Shown: positions 26,319-32,000 of the stretch, in pieces
Layout: each line of letters starts with the position of its first letter
How positions within the stretch are numbered: the first letter of the stretch is position 1
Assembly (NCBI RefSeq): GCF_000172995.2
Contig: NC_014729.1
Span: 1,710,001-1,742,000, forward strand
From: Halogeometricum borinquense DSM 11551
GTDB taxonomy: Archaea > Halobacteriota > Halobacteria > Halobacteriales > Haloferacaceae
Direction of reading: 5' to 3'
DNA: 32,000 nt
Notes under the pieces: model-generated
What the model saw: only the letters and a program-made list of their open reading frames with translations
Told to the model about the DNA's origin: nothing
Database searches by the model: none
Made by a program: the position numbers and the translations under genes

Positions 26319-26397
26319 CGAATTCGAGAGACACCCACAGACAATCGCGAGTGGGAAGTCATCGAAGGTGTGAGCGAAGCGAACGGATCCGAAGGGG

Positions 26398-26586
26398 TTA
26401 GTCAGTCGGAAGAGCCGACTCCTCTCTCGATTTTGATTCGTCGTCCATCCGAGTAAACAGCGTCGCAAGCCCCGGCCCGGTAACGTTGTGCCAGACGCTG
26501 AACAACGCCGGAATCAGGGCGGCACTCGCACTGAAGTGCGCTGTCGCCAGTGCGACGGCAAGTCCACTGTTCTGTCGGCAGACCAA
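26398..26586 (-). pseudogene. 3' fragment of a bile acid:Na+ symporter (BASS) family gene
   Basis: ..[39 protein letters not shown].. matches the conserved QNSGLA ... FSVWHN C-terminal helices of BASS transporters. An in-frame TAG lies just upstream. Only about 85 nt remain before the next gene, so about 250 codons are missing. Confidence 0.55.
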
Positions 26587-26673
26587 AGCGCAGTGCTGCG
26601 GCTACGGCCGTGAGAAGACATGTAGATCATCGACCAAATCTCACAAAAACGTGCCGGTCAACTCATCCCCGAC

Positions 26674-27420
26674 TCAGTATTCGAGCGTCACCGTATCGCC
26701 GACCGCGAGGCCGAACGCGTCGTCGCCGCGACCACGGTTGACTGCGAACTCGACGTTGCCGTGACTGCCGACTGTGACGAGGCGGTCGCCGGGTTCGACG
26801 GCAGCGTACGAATCGCCCACGGGGGCTGGTTCGCCGTTCACCGAAACCTGTTCGAGACCGTCGAGGACGCGTCCGGGGACGTTGGTGACGACGTTGCCGA
26901 AGTCGTCCACGACGAGCACCTCGCCGGTTGCCTGTCCGTCGCCGACGACCGGTGCCGGGAACGTGAGGTCCACGAACTCCTCGACGGGCGTGATTCGCTC
27001 GATGTCCGTTACGGCCGAGGCGTCGTGAACGTTCGCGGCGGCGGGAGCAAACACGTCCCGTCCGTGGAACGTGTTACTCGGCACGTCGTCGTAGGCCACG
27101 TCGTACACGTCGAAGTCATCGCCAGCGATTTCCCGGACCGCCGGTAGCACGACGCCGTTGTCAGGCGCGACGAACGTGTGTTCGCCCGCCTCGACGACGA
27201 TGGCTGCGCGGTCGGTGCCGACGCCGGGATCGACGACGACGAGGTGCGTCGCTGCCGGAAAGTACGGGAGGACTTCCCGAAGCCAGAACGCCGTCGCTCG
27301 AACGTCCTGTCTGGGAAAGTCGTGAGCGACATCCACGAGTCGGGCGTCGGTTCGACTGAGCAACACACCCTTCATCGCGGCCGGATACGGGGTCCCGAAG
27401 TCCGAAGACAGCGTGATCAT
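26674..27420 (-). CDS. SAM hydrolase / S-adenosyl-L-methionine hydroxide adenosyltransferase family protein (DUF62)
   Basis: Internal ATG (aa 11) of track ORF 26674..27450. MITLSSDFG, VVVDPGVGT, APDNG, TFHGRDVFAP and the C-terminal barrel segment are characteristic of the family. The ATG at 27450 is an alternative start. Confidence 0.88.
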   Translation of the reverse strand: MITLSSDFGTPYPAAMKGVLLSRTDARLVDVAHDFPRQDVRATAFWLREVLPYFPAATHLVVVDPGVGTDRAAIVVEAGEHTFVAPDNGVVLPAVREIAGDDFDVYDVAYDDVPSNTFHGRDVFAPAAANVHDASAVTDIERITPVEEFVDLTFPAPVVGDGQATGEVLVVDDFGNVVTNVPGRVLDGLEQVSVNGEPAPVGDSYAAVEPGDRLVTVGSHGNVEFAVNRGRGDDAFGLAVGDTVTLEY

Positions 27421-27497
27421 CGTATCAGTTTCTCGCCCGCCGCGGGCCATGTCGTTTTCGGCGTCGGATCGGTGCCCTCGTTTCTCGCGTCCGAGGC

Positions 27498-28577
27498 TCA
27501 GAGGAACGTCGCCACCCCCGGGTCGAACCCGAGTTCCAGACGGTCTCGTTCGGGAACTGCCGCCACTCTGACGACGACTGAACGACCCGCCCAGCGACAG
27601 TGCAGGCGAGTTACGTCCCCGAGGAACTCCGTGGTCTCCACCGTAGCCGTGAGGCGGTTCGTCTTCGGCACCGTTGCTGTTTCTCCCGCTGTTTCCGTCG
27701 GTGCTTCCGTCATCGTCGCCGCCGAGAGATGTTCCGGACGGACGCAGAACTGAACTGTCTCACCCACGTCGGCGTCCGTGGGCGGGAGCTCGAAGCTGGT
27801 GTCAGCGACGCGAACGACCGTCTTCTCGTCAGTGGCGTCGAGAACCGCTCCCGAGAAGACGTTGTTGTCACCGACGAACGTGGCGACGAACTCCGTCTCT
27901 GGACGGCGATAGATGTCCTGTGGCGTGCCGACCTGTTCGACGCGTCCACCGTTCATCACGGCCACGCGGTCGGAAACGGCCAACGCTTCCTCTTGGTCGT
28001 GCGTAACGTACAGCGTCGTCACGTTGAGTTCCTTCTGCACGCGCTTTACGCTCCGACGGAGCTGTTCACGGAGGCGTGCGTCTAGCGCACTCATCGGCTC
28101 GTCTAAGAGGAGTACGTCGGGCTCGGGAGCGAGTGCGCGGGCGAGGGCGACACGTTGCTGTTGCCCGCCGGAGAGGTTGTCGGGGTCGCGGTCGCCCATC
28201 TCGCCGAGATTCATCATTGCCAGTAGTTCCGAGACGCGTTCGTCCACCGTCATCCCGGTGGGCGGGTCGTCGAACTTCAGGCCGTAGGCGACGTTCTCGC
28301 GGACGGTCATGTGTGGAAAGAGTGCGTAGTTTTGGAACACCACGCCCACGTTGCGGTCCTCCGTCGGTGTCGAACTCACATCTTCCCCATCAAACCGGAC
28401 GACGCCGTCGGTTGGCGTTTCCAGTCCGGCAACGAGACGAAGCGTCGTCGTCTTTCCGCATCCGGAGGGACCCACGAGCGTGAAGAATTCACCCTCATCC
28501 ACCGAAAGCGACACCTCGTGAAGCGCAGTCGTCGCTCCGTACTCCTTTCGAACACCGTCGAGTTCGAGTGCCACCAC
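27498..28577 (-). CDS. ABC importer-type ATP-binding protein (PotA/FbpC/CysA-like, with C-terminal regulatory domain)
   Basis: 359 aa, GTG start. Walker A GPSGCGKTT, Q-loop VFQNYALFPH, signature LSGGQQQRVALARAL, Walker B LLLDEP, plus a TOBE-like C-terminal extension. No permease or binding-protein gene is adjacent. Confidence 0.9.
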   Translation of the reverse strand: MVALELDGVRKEYGATTALHEVSLSVDEGEFFTLVGPSGCGKTTTLRLVAGLETPTDGVVRFDGEDVSSTPTEDRNVGVVFQNYALFPHMTVRENVAYGLKFDDPPTGMTVDERVSELLAMMNLGEMGDRDPDNLSGGQQQRVALARALAPEPDVLLLDEPMSALDARLREQLRRSVKRVQKELNVTTLYVTHDQEEALAVSDRVAVMNGGRVEQVGTPQDIYRRPETEFVATFVGDNNVFSGAVLDATDEKTVVRVADTSFELPPTDADVGETVQFCVRPEHLSAATMTEAPTETAGETATVPKTNRLTATVETTEFLGDVTRLHCRWAGRSVVVRVAAVPERDRLELGFDPGVATFL

Positions 28578-28710
28578 GTCACAACACCTCTACGGGACCG
28601 ACCGATAGCACGCCGAGAACGGCCGACATCGTCTCCGTTGAGTCACCAGCCGAAGATATAACCGTCGAATCAGTCGCCCACGGTGGTCGGTCCATCGAGC
28701 GACATTCGCC

Positions 28711-30111
28711 TCAGTCAGCGGACGCCGACTCGCTCGACTCGGAGAACAGGCCGCGACTCGTCGAAAAGCGGTAGAAGACGAAGAGACCGATGGCGGCCGC
28801 GACGTTCGAGAGCGTTACGGCCCAGAAAACGGCATGGACGCCCATGCTGAGGACGTAGACGCCTACGACGGCAATCGGGAGGCGGACCACCCAGTACTGC
28901 ACGAGCGTCGAGTACATGCTCAGGTCGGTGCGTCCGGCACCGCTGAATCCGGCTTCGATGACGTAGATGAACGCGAACGCCCAGTAGCCGTACGCGAGGA
29001 TGCGGAGATAATCGATCGTCCATGTGAGCGTTTGGCCGCTGATTTCTGGGATAAACGTCTGTGCGAGGAGTGTCGGTGATGTCCACTGGAAGAGGCCGAT
29101 GACTCCCAAGGCGACAGCACCGAGGAGAACACCGAAGCGAGTCGCCGCAGCGGCCCGCTCCGGCTCATCAGCGCCAATATTTTGCCCGACGACGCTCGTC
29201 GTCGCAGAGGAGAGTCCCTGTATCGGAACGAACGCGACAGTCGAGAGGCGTGCACCGACGGTGTATGCGGCAATTCCGGCTGCTCCGCCCGCCAACGTGA
29301 CGATCGAAATCATCACCGCACGAGCGATCTGGCGTCCGGCGTTCTTCGCCGCGATGGGACTTCCGGTGCGGATGATTTGCCCGAACATATCGCGTCCGAA
29401 CCAGAAGGCGTCTCTCCGGAGCGAAAACGAGGTGCGACCGCTGAGAGCGATAGCGACCGCGAGGAGGCCGCCGCCCGCGTAGCCGACGCCGGTCGCAATG
29501 GCGGCACCGAACACACCCCACTCGGGGAACGGACCCCATCCGAAGATGAAGAACGGGTCGAGGACGACGTTCAACCCGATAGCGGTCAGATTCACGAGAA
29601 ACGCCGAGCGAGTGTCACCGAAGCCGACGAAACCGCTCTCCAGTCCGTCGCTCAGACTGGACATGACGAGTGAGAGACTCCAGCCGAACATGTACGTCGC
29701 ACCAAGTTCGATGACGCTCGCCGTCGGGTACAGTTGTTTGAGGACGGGTTCAGCGAAGAAGTAGACGACGCCGACGAGTACTGTCGAGATGAGAAGCATC
29801 AGAACGACCGCGTGGACGGGGGTGCGACGGGCTAATGCCTCTTCGTCTGCGCCGACGTGCTGGGAACTGGTGACCTGACTGCCGACAAAGATGGCGGTAA
29901 TGGGTATCGTCAGCAGCGCACCGATCGGAATTACTAGTCCGATAGCAGCGACGGCATCTGTCCCTAACCGACCGACCCAGAAGGTATCTATCACCTGTTG
30001 GGCGACGAGGGCGAAGTTCTGTGCGACGAGGGGAAGTGCGAGGAGGACCAGCGTCCGCGGTATCGGGCCTTGCGTGATGTCCTCGTTACTCACGTCGAAC
30101 ACGATATTCAA
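28711..30111 (-). CDS. MATE family efflux transporter
   Basis: 466 aa with 12 hydrophobic helices. N-terminal ITQGPIPRTLVLLALPLVAQN is the typical MATE start. The track start is TTG; in-frame GTG codons at 30102 and 30093 are alternatives. Confidence 0.88.
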   Translation of the reverse strand: MNIVFDVSNEDITQGPIPRTLVLLALPLVAQNFALVAQQVIDTFWVGRLGTDAVAAIGLVIPIGALLTIPITAIFVGSQVTSSQHVGADEEALARRTPVHAVVLMLLISTVLVGVVYFFAEPVLKQLYPTASVIELGATYMFGWSLSLVMSSLSDGLESGFVGFGDTRSAFLVNLTAIGLNVVLDPFFIFGWGPFPEWGVFGAAIATGVGYAGGGLLAVAIALSGRTSFSLRRDAFWFGRDMFGQIIRTGSPIAAKNAGRQIARAVMISIVTLAGGAAGIAAYTVGARLSTVAFVPIQGLSSATTSVVGQNIGADEPERAAAATRFGVLLGAVALGVIGLFQWTSPTLLAQTFIPEISGQTLTWTIDYLRILAYGYWAFAFIYVIEAGFSGAGRTDLSMYSTLVQYWVVRLPIAVVGVYVLSMGVHAVFWAVTLSNVAAAIGLFVFYRFSTSRGLFSESSESASAD

Positions 30112-30276
30112 TTGACAGAATCAGGGACTTAATAGATTTCGATTATTTATTCGCCGAACAGTCACCGCCTTCGTCGTTTGCCGCCCTCGTTGTCTGCCGG
30201 TCTCGTCGTCCGCGGTCGAGTTCGACACGTCGGCACGCCGTCAGGCTTATTCGGCCGTTCGACGAAGGTTTCGGGC

Positions 30277-30729
30277 ATGAATCGATCACTCGCTGCCGTC
30301 GCCGGTGGGTTCTCGGGTACCACCGTGCTGACCGTTCTACTCCTCCTATTCGAAGTCGAGACTCGTTCGCAAATAGGAATGTTCGAGGTCGTCGCCCGGT
30401 TTGTCGGCGTTCCCGGCAACACCACCGTCGGATTCGCCCTGTTCGTCCTCGCGGGAACCGTCGCGTGGCCGCTTCTGTTCGTCGCCGCCGAGGAGTCGAT
30501 TCCGGGTACGGACCCTGCGATAAAGGGGCTGGGCGTCGGTGCCCTTCTTTGGATTCCGTTCGTTCTCCTCGGTCGCGGCGACCTCGCGGGTGCCATCGTG
30601 CTCGCGTTCGGCGGCATGACGCTCGTCGCGCACCTCGCCTACGGCTACGTCACCGGGGCCGTGTACGCTCGTCTGACCGGTCGAACGCCGCCCACCGAAT
30701 CGTTCGGTGACGAAGCCGAACCCATGTAG
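30277..30729 (+). CDS. Four-TM membrane protein of unknown function, upstream of coxA
   Basis: Internal ATG (aa 34) of track ORF 30178..30729: MNRSLAAVAGGFSGTTVLTVLLLLFEV... It has four hydrophobic helices and an acidic C-terminus. The track prefix is Arg/Gly rich. Confidence 0.7.
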   Translation: MNRSLAAVAGGFSGTTVLTVLLLLFEVETRSQIGMFEVVARFVGVPGNTTVGFALFVLAGTVAWPLLFVAAEESIPGTDPAIKGLGVGALLWIPFVLLGRGDLAGAIVLAFGGMTLVAHLAYGYVTGAVYARLTGRTPPTESFGDEAEPM

Positions 30730-30837
30730 CGTCTCCGTTGGGTGGTCGGATGGTTATAGAAAACTGAGAACCGTCTTGGAACTTATCGGGCAGTTATCCG
30801 AACATGTTCCCGCGTACGTCCCGTGCGCAGATGGATC

Positions 30838-32000
30838 ATGTCTCTGCCGTTTGTACCACTCCTCGCCGTCGTCAGTGCCTTCCTCGGTGGATGGTTGTAC
30901 TGGCGTCGCGGCGAATCGACCGATACCTCCCGAACCGAATCGCTACGAGACGCCGTCTCCCTTCGAACCGACGGCGGTGAACGACGCGCCGACGGTGGCG
31001 AACGGCGCGCGGATAACTCCGCATCCCACGGAGAGACGCTCCCGGGTGTCATCGGGTCACTCTACGGCCGCGAACACAAAACGGGCAAGCCGTACGGCTT
31101 GATGCGATGGGTGACGAGTGTCGATCACAAGGATATCGGCATCCTCTACCTTCTCTTCGGCCTCGCCGCCGGACTGTGGGGTGCGACCGACGCGGTGATG
31201 ATCCGCACTGAGTTGTTCACGCCGACGACTGACGTGTGGGATGCACACACCTACAACGCGCTGTTTACCACTCACGGGCTTACGATGCTGTTCTTCTTCG
31301 TGACGCCCGTGTTCACCGGCTTGGCGAACTACTTTCTCCCGCTCCTTATCGACGCCGACGACATGGCGTTCCCGCGTATCAACGCCATCGCCTTCTGGCT
31401 CCTGCCGCCGTCGTTCGTCCTCGTCCGCGCGGGTCTCCTGACCGAAGTCTTAGCGAAAATGATCGATGCCGTCGGGCCGCGCATCGAGTTCCTCTACGCC
31501 CTCGAACCGCCGACACCGGGGTGGACGCTGTACGTCCCGCAGGCGATTCAGTTGACGAACCCGCAGGTGGACTTACTCCTCCTCGGTTTGCACCTCTCGG
31601 GACTCGCCACGGTCATGGGTGCAGTGAATATCATCGTCACCATCTTCACCGAACGCGGCGAGCGGGTTGGCTGGTCCAACATGGATATTCTCTCGTGGTC
31701 GCTTCTAACCACGAGCGGGATCATCCTCTTCGCGTTCCCCATCCTCGGAAGCGCCCTGTTGATGTTGCTCTTAGACCGGAACTTCGGGACGGCGTTCTTC
31801 GCGCTCGAAGCCGGTGGTCCAATTCTCTGGCAACATCTGTTCTGGTTCTTCGGCCACCCTGAGGTGTATATCCTCGTCCTTCCGGCGTTCGGGTTAACGA
31901 GCCAGATTCTCCCGAAGTTCGCCGGACGCCGCCTGTTCGGCTTCAAGTTCATCGTCTACTCGACGCTCGCCATCGGTGTGCTGTCGTTCGGCGTCTGGGC
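30838..32000 (+). CDS. coxA: Cytochrome c oxidase subunit I (heme-copper oxidase), 5' part; continues beyond the window
   Basis: Open frame from the ATG at 30838 to the window edge, so it is not in the ORF track. From codon 89: MRWVTSVDHKDIGILYLLFGL...NALFTTHGLTMLFFFVTP...MAFPRINAIAFWLLPPS...FFGHPEVYILVLPAFG, which are canonical subunit I motifs. The conservative alternative start is the ATG at 31102. Confidence 0.9.
   Translation, partial: MSLPFVPLLAVVSAFLGGWLYWRRGESTDTSRTESLRDAVSLRTDGGERRADGGERRADNSASHGETLPGVIGSLYGREHKTGKPYGLMRWVTSVDHKDIGILYLLFGLAAGLWGATDAVMIRTELFTPTTDVWDAHTYNALFTTHGLTMLFFFVTPVFTGLANYFLPLLIDADDMAFPRINAIAFWLLPPSFVLVRAGLLTEVLAKMIDAVGPRIEFLYALEPPTPGWTLYVPQAIQLTNPQVDLLLLGLHLSGLATVMGAVNIIVTIFTERGERVGWSNMDILSWSLLTTSGIILFAFPILGSALLMLLLDRNFGTAFFALEAGGPILWQHLFWFFGHPEVYILVLPAFGLTSQILPKFAGRRLFGFKFIVYSTLAIGVLSFGVW
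30970..31011 (+). repeat. Imperfect 21-bp tandem duplication encoding DGGERRA twice
   Basis: GACGGCGGTGAACGACGCGCC followed by GACGGTGGCGAACGGCGCGCG. The four differences all fall on third codon positions of the coxA reading frame and are synonymous. Confidence 0.8.

Larger units (their letters stand above)
23250..26670. mobile_element. Putative decayed tRNA-Arg-associated genomic islet (no intact mobility gene)
   Basis: Starts at the tRNA 3' end. It contains an att-like duplicate of that end, visibly more A/T-ending codons and AT-rich spacers than the flanks, two gene remnants and an integrase-like fragment. The right boundary is placed at the truncation point of the symporter fragment and is approximate. 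Confidence 0.35.

Noticed and set aside
1-32000. CRISPR arrays, cas genes, toxin-antitoxin pairs, restriction-modification or other known defence modules, rRNA genes, IS elements
   Set aside because: I scanned both strands. I found no regularly spaced direct repeats, no transposase or cas-like ORFs, and no terminal inverted repeats. The only mobility-related signals are the tRNA att-like repeat and a weak integrase-like motif.

Overview
This window is GC-rich and its predicted proteins are very acidic, with Arg/Pro-rich 'shadow' ORFs opposite almost every real gene. That pattern fits a haloarchaeal (class Halobacteria) chromosome. I support about 38 protein-coding genes or gene remnants and one tRNA.

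Most of the window is core metabolism:
- pyrB-pyrI
- two tandem glutamate dehydrogenase paralogs
- a divergent citE-like lyase / MaoC hydratase pair
- propionyl-CoA carboxylase beta chain (pccB)
- class 1 fructose-1,6-bisphosphatase
- 3-hydroxyacyl-CoA dehydrogenase
- cysteine synthase
- DGGGP synthase
- a DUF62 SAM hydrolase
- the start of cytochrome oxidase subunit I

I found no CRISPR array, no rRNA, no intact transposase or integrase, and no recognisable defence system.

The regions most worth a second look:
1. A three-gene ABC-2 exporter operon (15186-19109). Its first permease carries a C-terminal PrsW-like intramembrane protease domain.
2. A compositionally different, gene-decayed islet downstream of tRNA-Arg(TCG) (about 23250-26670). 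It contains an att-like duplicate of the tRNA 3' end, a possible integrase remnant, a truncated DtxR/MntR-type regulator next to a UPF0016 transporter with a 20-bp palindrome upstream, a Tat lipoprotein of unknown function, and a 3' fragment of a bile-acid:Na+ symporter gene.
3. Unusual architectures in otherwise ordinary genes:
   - an epsilon-subunit-like N-terminal extension on PccB
   - an 88-codon N-terminal extension on CoxA with a 21-bp tandem repeat that differs only synonymously
   - a KaiC/RecA-fold protein with degenerate Walker A and B motifs
   - an acidic helix-hairpin-helix protein with Trp-centred repeats

All functional calls come from my own motif and family recognition on the translations. 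No database search was run. Several start codons are GTG or TTG, and those starts are uncertain.
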